Below are positions 50,521 through 64,000 of a stretch of DNA of 64,000 bases, in pieces; within the stretch, counting starts at the first letter, position 1; each line of letters starts with the position of its first letter. The DNA comes from Phoronis australis (taxonomy: Eukaryota; Animalia; Phoronida), in the NCBI GenBank assembly GCA_002633005.1, contig NMRA01000336.1, positions 146,601 to 210,600 of the forward strand. Reading direction: 5' to 3'. The notes below the pieces were generated by a model. It saw only the letters and a program-made list of their open reading frames with translations, made no database searches and was not told the DNA's origin. A program made the translations under genes and the position numbers.

Positions 50521-53500
50521 GAAACCATAAGTAACAAAACAATTTTAATTTAGTGTGAATCATCAGCACCTACCCTGTAAAACCTGTCCAAAACTGAAAG
50601 CAAATAATGTTTGGAAAATAACGTTATTGTGTCATATGCTGTGAAAACTGAAGTCTGAAAATAGAACATGATCCTGACTGTGAGTAATATCTGTATACTA
50701 AATAATATCCCGTTTTGCCCATGATATTATTTTAACGGGCTGTAATTATTTTTGTAGTTGTTCATAATCTGTTTTGTAATGATATTGATCTAGAGGCCAT
50801 TGCTCGGTATCTTTTAATCTAAGCAGAGGCGTTACAGCTCCTCTCTGTGGTGAAAATAACTCTCCCACTAAAACATTCAAATGTTTCGAGTAAAGGCTTT
50901 TGACTTCATGCCAGAAACATTAATAGAACTTACAATTTATCCCGTCATTTCCTGGAGACATTGTTTTTACAAAGATCTACTAAACATTCACCCACGGTTA
51001 TAAAGTCACACAGTTGCTCAACATCACTGGGGATTTCCTTCCTCATAGGTAATGGAGTTGGAGTTTGCAGTTGCCAAATTGTGAAAACGAAGTAATAATT
51101 AGACAAGACATATAAGCTGCGTTTACAAATTACACCCACTCACCCCGATCACCTGTAAATATCCTTTGTGTTTCCAAAGCAATAAACGGAATCTGATGGA
51201 AATAACAGGTGCACTACTTTTTGTTCTAACAAAATGTACAAGCTTAATTAACTTGGGCTTGTCTTTACGAATAAGCTTGACTGGGTGCTTGGCTGGAATG
51301 GGGCACCTCGCCTAAGCTAGTGTTGGAGTAGCAAGGGCTGTGAACGCTATTCTCATGGCAGTTATGTCTCATCTAACTATCAGCTGTTCCTTTTTTAAAT
51401 ATTCTTCTCTAATGAACCTTACACGCTTACTCTGAAGTGTTTTTTTTGAGTACCTGGTGATATGATGTTCTTGTAGGTAACGGAAATGGAATCCTGTTAC
51501 GGTAAGGAATATTATAATAGTGATTTTATGAGAGTAGAAAGCTCAGTTAGATTTTACTCTTTTGGCCAGCTCAACAGGGCAAAATGTAGCTATAATTAAG
51601 CTGTCGCAATGTTGTATACGGTGGAATTTAATTGAGAGAATGTCAAATGTCTTCATAAGAGAAGAATCCCAGTTTCGTTTCCTTCGATTCAATCTTAGTG
51701 TGCACGCACATATATATGCATTCCATACGATAGCCTCAATACAGAAAACGATAAAAAATGTAAGCGCACAGACAATATATTCCTTTGTCATTTCATACAC
51801 CAAATCTGCACATATCTATCCAACTATAGCCTATACACAGTAACTATATGTAAACCAACATAGAGAAGAAACATAAGTGCAAACAGTTTCGGGCACGAAT
51901 ATATACATATGCAAAATACCTTCCAAGTACTTGAAAAATGTAGACTTCTACCAAACCAATTGGGCTTCTCCAGAATGAAGTTACATCTGAATGCATTACA
52001 TATGCTGAACTTAAAAGAATGTTCGACAGGCAACTTCACACTCTAGGGCACACCACCAAAATAAATCCGGCTGCCATTTGTAAGTGTGGCACAGACACTT
52101 TACCTTTCAAAATTTTGGTTGCCCCTTTTGCGACGTCCTGGATCCGCCAGACTATTTTTAAAGCGTGAAACAGAGGAAAAAGTTTTACCTGAAAATTTCC
52201 CAAAACTATGGGCAATCTTTACGTTCTGTCACAGCTATAAACCGGCGTCTTTCAAAGAAATTAACTTTTGATTTAGGTCGCTTGAGATTGACCCCAGGTT
52301 GTTCCTTTCTTAGATGAGCAGTGAATAAGGAAAAATTGCCGTTCAATTTCATAGGATAATTGATCTAAATCAAACGTTTTCGCACAAGGGAAGTAGGGTA
52401 TGCAGTGACTTGACAATTATATTAAAAAACATTATTATTTATACCCAAGGTAACAACACTCTACCAGCCTGAGGTGATGTTTCAAAAATGAACCAAAAAT
52501 ATCAAGTAATAAAACAACAACAAAAAGTCATAAAAATAATACTCCCTAAAGGGGATAAAACTAAAAATAAGGTTACACTTACTGATGGACACAACATATG
52601 TTGTTTAAATATGAGTAACTAGTTCAATAAAATATGTTGCTCAGAAAGATACATACAGAGAATAAAAGCAATCTACAACATGTAATAAAACCTAATTGAC
52701 TTTTAAATATAGATAGTCTGCAGACCATGGTACTAAAATACCGCCTACCCTAAGGTGATATTCAGTTACAATAGTGACAAAATCAATCCGAACTATCCTG
52801 CGAGAGAACGATGCAGCAAAACAACGCCTAATGTAGATAATACAATATAAATATAACAAGATACCAACCAATATCAGCTGTGCACATACTAAGAGCTCAG
52901 CCCACTGCTTCAAATGCAAGCTTCACCTCAAGGTAGAATGTCTTGGGAGCAGCCCAAATCCTCACCAGGGAGCAGAAAAGCATAATGACACCATCCAGCA
53001 AGGTTCTGTTACCAAGAGGGGAAATGGCCAAATGTATCATTTGTTCCCTTTAATTCAAGGTGTGAAAAAATACCATTTCAATGAAATAGCCCAGAACTTT
53101 CCTGGTTGGTTGCTTGGGAAAACATGCGCTGACCTCGTGCTGTAGATATTGGCTAGCACTATGTCCCTGCACTCACAGTAACCAAGTGTACTTAGCTGAA
53201 TAACTAACATGTCTCTTGTCACTGGTCAATTGGTATTGGTAAAAAACACTTATTTTGAGCAAAATGTTTTAAGAAAGGTGTATAGCCTTACTATCATAGT
53301 TCCAGAGACATGCAATGTTACATATAAGCGCACCCCACCATAAATTACAGCCAATTCACTTATCCTGAAAATTGCAGAATTTCAAAAAGGCTTTCAGAAA
53401 ACATTAAAAATACAAATCTATTATTATGGGAACTTCGGTGAATATTTCAGTCCTCAGATGCTGTGGACCAAGTCCCTCTATGGGGGAATTGTAAGTGACT

Positions 53501-53997
53501 GGCTCCAGCATAAATTGTCAAGCACTCAGTAAGTATTCATGGACAACAACCACAGGGCCCTGAACCATGAATCAGATAACATGAAATCTTAGCCAGTGGT
53601 GTATCATGACTCCAACAAGTATTGCTATTTTGTAGGTATTCATATTTTCACATTATGATAACCACAGTTTAATTCTTGTATTTAAAACTTCTAGAAAATT
53701 GTGTGTTTTGGATCAATCCCTGAGCGACAAAAATGAACTCACTGTATGTTCACCAGGCAGTTGAGAATGAACTATAGAGTGACCAGGCTCATAGCCCCAT
53801 AATCATTTTCAAAGCACTTCTAATTTAAATCCCATGGTAAAAACTTGCATTTGAATCTAATTCGACTAGGGTTTAAGTGTCAAAATAAAGTCATACAAAA
53901 CATGAGAAAGCTGCACGATGTACTCCCGCAAAATACGTTAGCAGTGCCAAGGCATCCACTGAGCTTCAGGTTAGCGAAAGACATGTCAAAATGACCT

Positions 53998-54153
53998 TAC
54001 AGTTTCGTTCCTATACCCTAGCATAGTTATGAGAATACAGTTTAGTTCCTATACCCTAGCATAGTTATGAGAATACAGTTTAGTTCCTATACCCTAACAT
54101 AGTTATGAGAATACAGTTTAGTTCCTATACCCTAGCATAGTTATGAGAATACA
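53998..54153. repeat. minisatellite, 38 bp x 4
   Basis: Unit TACAGTTTAGTTCCTATACCCTAGCATAGTTATGAGAA, head to tail with no spacers. Confidence 0.95.
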
Positions 54154-54722
54154 AATACACCTGTCAGCTCCAAAGTGTGTCAGGAACAACTGTCAACACA
54201 TTCCAATAAGTTCAGACAGGGCTTTACCTAGTGGCTTTTCAACATCAAAGCTGTCTCACTCACGGTTCAAGGTCCTGAACTAGTTTCCAGGAAAACTTGC
54301 AGCATACATCAACATTTTCTAGGAATCAGGCTCTTGCTATAATTTTGTCATCAAGTAAGTCAACTGAATGGCGACAGTATCCACCATACAACAATTCTGC
54401 AAATATGTCAAAATAACCACCAGACACTTGGTCTACAGAAGCAAAGCTATCACTGAAGTATGCCAATGATTATCTCAAAAACTAACAAGACCAAAAACTC
54501 TAATAATAAATGCATTAAAAGGTACAGTAAATCGAAGATTCACAAATTAGTTATTCACAAAAGCATCATTTCATACAAAAACTCATAGGTTAAAAATGTT
54601 AGTTGTGACTAACAAAAATAAAATTAGAAATAAATAACCATACGGCACAAACACACCACAATATTTAGCTATGAGTAAATCAACATGCATTTCTCTAAAT
54701 GCATCCTATAAGAAGAAGGTAT

Positions 54723-56297
54723 AGACTTAATTCACGTGGCGGACATTAAAATCCAAAGCGAGGCTCACTACGATAAACAAAGCGGAAGTTGACATTGCGT
54801 GAGTTAAATGGCCAGTCTTTCGAGTTCAACCTGGATGTTAGACGTAGAAAAATACATTAGAGAACACGTCAATGCACCAAAGAGTTGTCTGAGGAAAGGG
54901 TATAAGTTTTTTCAGAAAACTAGGTTCGAAACGTGAACAATAAATATGACCAAATTGCAGCGATCGTAGTGTTATGGATTAGGTATTATGCTGAATACTG
55001 AGCATTGCGTTTCTTCTTGTAAATTGGTCATCTGTTCGTATTGTTCGAGTTGAATATATATTCAGCAGTGGTCGCTCATCGCATTTTGTTGTCATGTGCA
55101 ATTAGTCACATCTGGTTGAATTTGTTGATCAAGAATATTAGCATCAAGCATAGCCTAGGTCCTGGTTAGGTAGGCACTACCAGAACTCAAAGTTGATTTG
55201 TCATTGATTTGAAAGAATAATTGATGTTATTAAATATATGTTTTTATTACGATAAAAATCCAGGCTCGTAATTGAAAATAAAAATTATTCAACCATCAAT
55301 TCTGCTTTCTTGGTTTTAAGAATTACTATTTCATGTGTTAGGTTTCAAATATCAATCTGGACCAAGTTGAATGTTAAAATAAAAACACCTAATTCTTTCG
55401 TCCAAAGCATATCTCGTTTTAGAGCTCAGTTTCAGTTAACTGGACAGAACATAGTGGTGGATTTAGAGGGGGGCCAAGGGGGCCATGCCTCCCCTAACAT
55501 TCTCTCAGATTCCATTTGGCAGTTCAGGAGCGCGAATGTCTGATGGGCAAAATCCTGGCTAATACTCTGCCCTGCACACCCCCCCCCACTCAAAAATCCT
55601 AGATCGCCCCTGGAACAAGCATAGTTATCATGTGCCTGTGCCTTCTGAGGGGAATTTTTCGCCAAGTGAGGTGAAAAATCTACTGGGCTTCCCGATCAAC
55701 ATCAATAGCACCCCTGCCCTGTTACGAGCTTTCATAGGCTCTATCTCAAGTAGCATTTTGTGCTTTTTCAAATTGTCACCTGAGTGGTTACAGCTGGTTG
55801 ATTTGAACTTCGGAGAGAAATTTTCGATCACTAGCCGGGGAGTTTTAATAATTAGGCCTCGTGGGGGGAATTTCACATGATTTTTCAGTATTTTTGAGAG
55901 GAAAATATGGACGATATTTGGCCCCAAAATCGAGGGATTGAGGGCCCTGTCCTTTTTGGAAAGAAAAATTCATCTTGTTTCAACACGCACAGCCTCGCTG
56001 GCCAAAGATTCACCAGGCCGGTGGTTGCTGTGATGCTCGGCAACCGACAGATGCGACAAAATTTGATCTGACTTTTCGAAAACATTTATAAATTTTACAC
56101 AGACATATGTTCCTCCGTCGCAGCGTATGGCAACAACCAAACGCTTGCGAATCTCAATGTCCTCAGGGACTGTAAAACAGACAGTTGGGTCCGTATTTTT
56201 CCGAGCAACGCAGAAAACAACTACGCGGATAAGCCAACAGAGCTATCGTAGCGAGCCTCGTTTTGGAACGCTCCTCCTGTTGGCGTAAATTAGGTCT
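54723..56297. mobile_element. ISL2EU-like deletion derivative
   Basis: AT|AGACTTAATTCACG...CGTAAATTAGGTCT|AC with inverted CGAGGCTC.CTACGATA; plus remnant DVEKYIREHVNAPKSCLRKGYKFFQ (54840-54915); minus THAP-like remnant PEDIEIRKRLVVAIRCDGG (~56110-56170). Confidence 0.7.
55452..55612 (-). mobile_element. short MITE, inverted relative of 13047-13204
   Basis: TAGTGGTGGATTTAG...CAAAAATCCTAGATCGCCCCTG. Confidence 0.65.
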
Positions 56298-57961
56298 ACA
56301 AATATGCCCACAGCCACCCTGATGATTACATGAAGATGCTGACAGAGACCTCTATTGCTCAACTGAATTACTGCTCACACTAGAGGTACGCGACTTCCTA
56401 TCACCTTGGTCAATTCTAGGAGATGCCTCTTCCCTGAAACTGAGTTTTCTTGACTCGATCTGTGAAGATAAAAGCAAGTCAATCATTGAAAACACTTGAA
56501 GAATGTGAGATCAAAATATACAATCACACTGAACGCCAAGCAACAAGCTTCATTTACAATAGTTTTACCCAGATGGTTCATGTTTGAAGTACTACTGGCA
56601 AAGTTACCCTTATAAGTCAGAATGCAAATTACAATATCCCTTCAACTGTTAGTAGGTAAATGCCTACTTCATCACCAGCAGCAACAGTCCAGAGTCACTA
56701 TGCTCACTCTGTCTGCTTTAAAAGACATTCCCTTCAACATGCTGATAACAACAAGTTTACCAATGGTTTCAAAGACTTGAAAACAAACTTAACCCACAAC
56801 AAAATGTACAAGGCAACTGCCTCATGTTGGTTTTTCTTTTTGGATGGACCAGTAACCAAACTATAGCTACCTAATACAGTAATTTTGAATTTAAATTGCA
56901 TATGAATATTAAGTGCTTTGAACACTACATTTCTCAGAGCCCTCTCGTGAATTTGGAACAACACATATTGGGCTTCTGTTGCATGTGTGACATTCTGAGT
57001 TCATGAGAGGACTCTGAAGAAACTAGAATCCATGGAAGCCAGTCTTGAATATCAAATTTGCTGCTAACATACAAATTGAAACATTAACCAAAAGGTTATG
57101 TAGGACAATAGACTAAAGCCCAAAGTTGGCAAACTTTAGACTGTCACATCTCAAACATTATATAAACCTCCCGATCAAGTGATTTCAACTACATTAAACT
57201 GATTTCCAAAACAAGGCTAAGACCAGATATCAACCTAGTCCATTGTTAAAGGTTCATTTTGTAATTTGTCCAATCAAGGAGCTAAACCTTACGGAGCTCA
57301 TTGAATCAAAGGCCAAAATACCATCGTTAAAAGTTATCAAAGAAGGTACCAAAACCTTTTTTTTGGTTGAAAAATGATCCTAAACTATATTTTAAGGAGG
57401 AGATTAATTTCAGGTGCAAAACAGGTCGAAAAATCTGTTTATAATAGTCCACTATATTTCATTTACTTTAACCAGGGTTTTAATACCATCAAGTATTTGC
57501 TCATGCTCTCTTAAACACAAAAAGACCTTATATCAGTGCCCTTATAAAGTAGAAATCTAATGATTAAGTACAAGGTGCCTTGAAAAGGGCTGCGTTTCTA
57601 TGAATGGCTGATGGGATTCAAGTGAAACTTTCGCCCTGTGTGCTTCATGCAGTGCCTTCAAAAACACTGTTAGATTTTTTTGTAAAATTTTACCCTCTTT
57701 GGATGAGGTTCTAAAAACCTCAAATGTTACAAAAAAGTCAAATGCAATGTGGTCATCGGTTTGCTACAAAAGTAACTTTGTTTGCTTAATTTTTGTAATA
57801 AAAATGACAGTGATGACTTATTAATATAAAGTTAAAAATCAAAGTCTACATTCAAAAAACATTCTTTTAAGTAGTTAACTTGTATTATTTTCCACAAATA
57901 TTATTCTTAAATGCACAGATTTGTGGAGAAGGTCCTACATAACCTTATGATGACATAATGA

Positions 57962-58298
57962 AAGCCATTATAATTGAAACAAGGTTAATAAAATATTCTG
58001 AATGTAACATGTTTACAAGCCATTATAATTGAAACAAGGTTAATAAAATATTCTGAAAGTAACATGTTTACAAGCCATTATAATTGAAACAAGGTTAATG
58101 AAATATTCTGAATGTAACATGTTTACAAGCCACTATAACTGAAACAAGGTTAATGAAATATTCTGAATGTAACATGTTTACAAGCCATAATAATTGAAAC
58201 AAGGTTAATGAAATGTTCTGAATGTAACATGTTTACAACCCATTATAATTGAAACAAGGTTAATGAAATGTTCTGAATGTAACATGTTTACAAGCCAT
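57962..58298. repeat. minisatellite, 55 bp x 6
   Basis: Unit AAGCCATTATAATTGAAACAAGGTTAATRAAATRTTCTGAATGTAACATGTTTAC. Confidence 0.95.
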
Positions 58299-60130
58299 GG
58301 TTAAAAATTGAAAAAACCTCTGAAAGATTTAAAATGAAATCAGGAATATCATTTTACAGAAAAGGGCAATATCAAGGACTGAATCGTCTTCAAAAGAATG
58401 CACTACCATAAAAATAAATTTTCCGCTTCCTTATTACTGCAGGTGTTAATTTTGGTTTTGAAAAATCACCAAATATTGTTTTGAACTGAAACTGTTGCAA
58501 ACTATCATCATGGGCAACATCAATTTGGTGCAACAAATGGTTAATTCAATTTGTTTCATGGTGAATTAAAACTATAAGTGTAGAGCTGTTTAGATCCATC
58601 ATGTAGAAAATTAAAATTTAAAAGATAAAATGATCTGGATGCTTAAAATAAACTGCGATCATTTTTTTTTCGCTAAGACTGCAGCTAATTTGAAGTGCTG
58701 GAATTTGCTGTTTCCACCAACAGACAAGTTTCTTTTCTACAGCAGCTGAAGGGGATGGGAGAACACTCATTCTGAAGTTTGAAAAAATATCTGGATCCTA
58801 AAATCACACAGGCTGAAAAGAGAGCAACTGTAGCCATTGATCAAAACAGCATTTGAACATTTAGGTCTTTTCATTTAATTTTCAGCATCAAGATTTCACT
58901 GTGCACTGATGGGGATAGCTTGAAATGAGAAGAACACCACAATACTAAGGTACTGATTTCTGAACTCAAAATGTACACTGTTCTCTTTCAGTATCAACAC
59001 AATTATGTACTTGAGTGCATAACTGTTTGTGCAAATGAGTTCTAAACCAACTTTGCACTTGATTTGACTGCCATTTTCTAAATTGACATCTGAAGTTCAG
59101 ATTTAATGGTAGGACTTAACACTAGGTAAGATTAGACAGCCATTATTAAGCTCGAGCATATCTTTCGTTTACACTTATGAAGAAAGGAAATTTTCACAAT
59201 TTGGGGTTCAAGGATGAGTTCAAAGATAAGACCTGGAAATTTGACAACATTTGAAAACATGAATACCTCTTATGTCCAGAAAACATTACATAGAGGTATG
59301 GAGATAAGCTTTTCTAAATGAACTCTTAATATGTCTAATTAGTCTAATGATGTCATTTATCTACAGCTAGATGACACCACAAGATTAACAGAAGAGGGGA
59401 ATCTTCAGGCTGACAAAGTTCATGAGACAACAAGTATGACTGCTTGCAAGATTGTTGGCAGTGGATTAGTATTCTTCAAAGCACAAACAGGACATAGAAA
59501 GCTGGAGTTAGTGTCAAGCAAGGTTTAAGTGCAGAATATAACACAAAACAGTTACTTGTGCGATTAAATCGTGCATGCATCCTTTGGAGGGTCCCTCAGC
59601 CAGGCATCGTCATCATAAGTGGGCGCAGCTTGGTTAGAGGTTACTACCTGACTAATGATGGATCAGGTGGCTATAAACAATGGATGGACTAGAGCGACGT
59701 CAGATATCCACGTCTTAAACTTCTATTTATCAAGAAAAAATATCCGTCAGTCTGTACACATATATTGGCCACAGGCCAACCTGTGATAGCTACGGCTGTG
59801 AACTGAAGCCAGTCTTCCCATATGGTATCTCATACTGCACTATCCATTATGATCCATCTACAGCTTGATCACACATGAACAACACCTTGCTATCTCTGAG
59901 TTTGTTGGTGCCTCATTAAAAGGTGAGTAAAAGCAATGACAAGTGAATATCTCTACATACAGTTAGGTACACTGTCTTTAAAGTCAGGTTAACGACCTTG
60001 ACAAACTCTTGGCCTTGTTCTCATTCTGTTTAGTTAGAACTATCATCATCAATATTGGCTTTATCACCATAGAGTATTCTTAAATTGCATGTCAGTCCTT
60101 TCCAACAATTATCTACTTTGGACATGTCTT

Positions 60131-61399
60131 TTAGAAACTACTGTAAGCATTGCCCACGTTCTTCTCTTGTTTACCAAAGAGAAATTCTTTATGTTTCTGT
60201 TCCTGGTGTAAGCTTTGGTAGCCATGTAAATGTTTAATGTCTTTCTTAAACTCCTGTCCATAGCCGTTCTTGTCCAGATGGTATTGCACTAGTGCTGCGG
60301 TGTCAACTTTCTCAAGATGTCTCCTATCAACCAGCTGTTCATAGTCTTTCAAAATCTCTGGATTCCAACTACTTTTTTTAGTTTGTGAATTGTTTAAGTT
60401 TGCCACATATCCATCAACAGGTTTCGGGTGATAAAATCTAGAGACATCTACATTTTTCCCCTTTAAAACATTGATACCATTCCGTGATTCCCTATGTTCC
60501 TTCAACTTTGATTTCCGTACAGCCTTTAAGTCCTTGGCTATATTTCTATACTGTTCCTTGTACTTCCGCAACCTTACTTTCTGCTGGTGCTGCTCTCGAT
60601 AACCTTCAGGAACATATAAACTTGGTAAGCTACGGTGATTGATTTTATCTGTTCTCTTCTTTTTGCTTTTCATTTCCTGTTGACCATTGTTAGAGTGTAA
60701 ATCCTCAGTTTCCACACAGTTTCCAATATCAACACTTTCACAAGATAACTCCTCGTTAGTTTTCACAAACGTCTTCTCAGTTACAAGCTTTGGTTTTGTT
60801 GGCAAACTGGCATATCGATTTTTCTTGTTTGCAACTATACCTTGCCCCAAGACACCAGTATTTTTCACAGTGAGATGACCTGTTCCTTTCTTCATATTTG
60901 AATCACTTATTTCAGATTTTAATGAGGAATTCGAAACTTCTTGATTCTTTACCTCCTTGTTCATTTTAGTTTCTCCAATGCTTACATCGCCATTGTTGCT
61001 CTTAACAACATCTTTATGAACAGGGCGGCCATTTTTCCTACTGCCATTTTGCGGTTCTTCAATTATCACATCTAGATTTCTGTGGCATGCAACAACAATA
61101 TCCAGTGGCTTAGCTGTATCATTTTTTGGTTTTACACCTATACCATCCTGGTTTTCGATGACTTGGGTTACATTGTTATTATGAGAACTTGATTTTGAAA
61201 CTGCGTTAGAGTCAGATTTTGCAGCACCAACAGATTCAGCTAGCATTTTCACCTCGGCTACTTTCTTGTTAGAATGTGTAGCAAGGCTTTTTGTCTGTGC
61301 TTCTATAGCAGAGCTTCCAGTATTCCACGAAGGTAGACAATTTTCTTTTGAGGGAACTATTTTAGATCTAGCATTCCACTTTACAGGAAAATTGGGTAC
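60131..61399 (-). CDS. long terminal exon of a tau/MAP2/MAP4-family gene
   Basis: Acceptor CTATTTCAAG, phase 0, in frame with the 373-aa ORF (422 aa plus stop); starts with a pseudo-repeat VPNFPVKWNARSKI. Confidence 0.75.
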   Translation of the reverse strand, partial: VPNFPVKWNARSKIVPSKENCLPSWNTGSSAIEAQTKSLATHSNKKVAEVKMLAESVGAAKSDSNAVSKSSSHNNNVTQVIENQDGIGVKPKNDTAKPLDIVVACHRNLDVIIEEPQNGSRKNGRPVHKDVVKSNNGDVSIGETKMNKEVKNQEVSNSSLKSEISDSNMKKGTGHLTVKNTGVLGQGIVANKKNRYASLPTKPKLVTEKTFVKTNEELSCESVDIGNCVETEDLHSNNGQQEMKSKKKRTDKINHRSLPSLYVPEGYREQHQQKVRLRKYKEQYRNIAKDLKAVRKSKLKEHRESRNGINVLKGKNVDVSRFYHPKPVDGYVANLNNSQTKKSSWNPEILKDYEQLVDRRHLEKVDTAALVQYHLDKNGYGQEFKKDIKHLHGYQSLHQEQKHKEFLFGKQEKNVGNAYSSF

Positions 61400-62325
61400 C
61401 TTGAAATAGCATAGGGACTACATGAACAAAGTAGCACAGCTATAAAGACCCAGGTGACCAGCATTCGTGTTCAACCGTTTCAAAGTTATCACAAGAAAAA
61501 AGTTAACTTTGACTCAAACACAACTGAAAGATATTTTGCAGGCCTGCAGTGATTCAATGATTTGATGGCAACACTCTGTGACAAATGATTAAGACACCAC
61601 AAAACTGATTGCTTTGTATAACAATGACACAAACACAAAGAACTGACTAAGACTTCAGAAAGTATAATATGTGCCTCAAATGAAATCCCGTTCAGAGATA
61701 AAAGAAGAGTCACAGTATTTGTTACATGTCTTGTGAAATGTGACATTTACTCCTGACAAAACAATCAGGCATGTCAGAGATCAGATTAATTTACATCTGA
61801 ATTTGGTCTCATTTACAATAAATCATTGTTTACAGAACATTTATCAACCTTTCCTTTGAAGTGATTTGAAGTTCAGCATGACAGCTTGTGCAACATGATC
61901 AAAATGTACCAAGGATTAATTGCAAGCAACCAAACTGGTCATACAAAAACATATATATTAATGAAATCGTGCCACTCAAAATGAGGCAATAGTCACTTGC
62001 GGGAGTCCTGTATTTTGAGAACCAGTTTAGCGCCTGTTATTCAGTGGAGAAAACTGATTCTCAAAATGCAGGATTCCTGTAAATGGCTATTACTCAAAAT
62101 CATAAAATGCACATAGGCATGCAGCTTATAGTCAATCAGGTTTGGGTAAGAATTAACCACGCAGAAATGATGGGTGTTGTGTTTTATCAGTCATGCAACA
62201 GGGAAGGGAATATGATTGTTGATTTTATCAAATTAATAGGGCAAGCTATCCCAACATCCAAACACTTCTCATTTCAACAATTTTATGTTTGTAAATCCAG
62301 ACAGTGTCTCATAAAGTAATGTTAC

Positions 62326-62415
62326 CTTCTTCTCACCACCCCCAGGAACATGGTTTTTGTTGTCACATGACCCCACTTTCGATTCGGCTTTCCAGTCCAG
62401 TTTTATATTCTCAAT
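62326..62415 (-). CDS. tau/MAP2 microtubule-binding repeat exon
   Basis: 90-nt AG/GT exon IENIKLDWKAESKVGSCDNKNHVPGGGEKK. Confidence 0.93.
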
Positions 62416-62787
62416 CTGAAGGAAACACAAAATTCTGACAAACCAATTACCATAATGCAATATTGATCATTACAAATTAGTACGGCTCCACAAAAATGAA
62501 AAGAAAATTTAATGACCCTTGATATTATTTGAATTTCTGAGCAACAACATTAAATTTGTAATTTTGTTTGTCATAAATTTGTTGAAACAAAAATACTTAT
62601 TTCCAAATCATGTCCTTGGAGCAGGTCAGTTGCAATGATCACACCACTGACAGTCAACACCTACAAGCACTTTGCACACCAATTAAATCATGTCGATTGA
62701 CAAAAACACAAACTTCACAATTTAAAGTAGACCACCTGTCACTGTCTTTGCACACTCCACATATGCCTCCTTGTGTTGAAGCATTAC

Positions 62788-62877
62788 CTTTTTATCACCA
62801 CCTCCTGGAATGTGACCTTGGTTTTTCAGAGAGCCAACTCTGGGTTCTGCTTTCCATTCTAATTTCCTATTTTCTAT
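62788..62877 (-). CDS. tau/MAP2 microtubule-binding repeat exon
   Basis: 90-nt AG/GT exon IENRKLEWKAEPRVGSLKNQGHIPGGGDKK (not in the ORF track). Confidence 0.93.
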
Positions 62878-63489
62878 CTGTTTTTAAAGTACACAAAAGA
62901 AAAACAAAACGTTAATATTAATAACGTCGTTCTTCACATGAACTTTTCCATCACCGTACAAAAATACAGCATGGGTTTGCCAGACTGCGGTAAGACAATT
63001 AGATAATGAAATGTACATCTTAACTACGATTTCAGAGTTAAAATTTTCTTTTTACCAAACTTCAATTTCACTTGTCTCACGTGTCATTATTTTGGTAGTT
63101 GTTAAGTGTTTGTGTAAACTAAATTAAATATCAAACATTTATAAAATGTCAACACTGTTTTGCACTTTCTCCATATTGCCAGACACATCCATCTTTTGTA
63201 TATTTAGTTAAAATTTTAATGTTGGTGCCACATAATGTCACCAATATGTAAGTTAACAAAAGCAACGTAGAGCGTTGACATGCACCCAGAGTGTGCATCA
63301 CAAACGGTAACATTATAAGGGATCAATACTCCTTTGTTCAAATATTTCCATGATAGTCAAATCTATCCAAAGTCATCATCAGTTGTGCTCTCCTGAAGGT
63401 GCATAGGTTAAATTTCACGAAAACTCATCAAAGCACTAAATAAAGGTAGACAATTAACATTTGCTACTAGAGAGTGCCTTTCTAGTCAA

Positions 63490-64000
63490 TAATCAACACC
63501 ATCCATGCTTTCTTCAAAATGAACAAATATGCCAAATTTCATGAAGATCCTTCAAAGAACTTCATAGATATTGGCACAGAAACAAACAATGAAATTGCCA
63601 CCACAAGATGTCACAGCAGCCAGATGTGTCCAAAAACACTTATGCTCTGCTCAACAGGAACAGATAAGCCAAATTAATGAATAGTACAAAGAACTCTGTC
63701 ACTCCTGTCAGTAGTAGACATTGGCCCACATGTAAGAAAACATAACTAATTATGACTAGTAAGCACCACAGTAGATCAGTCTGAATCTTTATGTCCACCA
63801 TACTCTTCTCAGTAGGGACCCATCTACCACCTTCCATTGTGACTCTTCCAGCAATTTGACAAATGTCAAAAACAGACATGAAAATAACAAAATTAGCGGC
63901 AAGAGGTATAATAGGTCGAATCTGATGAAACAGGGTAGGTTTCATCACTTCCTTCCCGGACACTTGTTTGCCAAATTTGGTGAAGATCTATCAGTTGAAG
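63490..64000 (-). mobile_element. decayed HINE-like fragments in the tau-like intron
   Basis: TGCCAAATTTCATGAAGATCC, GAAATTGCCAC and TGCCAAATTTGGTGAAGATC are reverse complements of HINE monomer motifs. Confidence 0.35.

Noticed and set aside
51290-51540. Possible CR1/L2 LINE 3' remnant on the minus strand
   Set aside because: Only faint motif echoes; too degenerate to call.
53998-54153. 38-bp repeats of CRISPR-like length
   Set aside because: Units are head to tail with no unique spacers, there are no cas genes, and the context is eukaryotic.
60131-61252. Stand-alone 373-aa gene as given by the ORF track
   Set aside because: The frame extends to a splice acceptor at 61399 and is in phase with the tau-repeat exons, so it is better read as a terminal exon.

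Overview
Eukaryotic (animal, probably bilaterian invertebrate) genomic DNA, AT-rich, with spliceosomal introns and one 615-N assembly gap (16349-16963). No prokaryotic genes, rRNA, tRNA or CRISPR array were seen. Most of the window is a nested stack of transposon relics: Kolobok elements (TTAA TSD, THAP and KolX remnants, one with a still-open THAP ORF running off the left edge), a P-like element with an 8-bp TSD, Harbinger, ISL2EU-like, hAT-, Tc1/mariner- and EnSpm-like elements, Penelope retroelements with hammerhead-like motifs, a LINE RT fragment, and several Helentron/DINE-1-like (HINE) elements. Two gene-like loci stand out. (1) The 3' part of a tau/MAP2-family gene on the minus strand (60131-62877) has two microtubule-binding-repeat exons and an unusually long terminal exon. 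(2) A spliced but frameshifted plus-strand pseudogene (27605-43050) reads as HDX-like homeodomain(s), HMG box, GTF2I-like repeat and chromo-like domain. The most notable non-coding signal is that the HINE internal tandem arrays consist of ~130-160-bp monomers, each centred on a CTCF-consensus motif, all in one orientation. All domain and superfamily calls were made by eye and need database confirmation.
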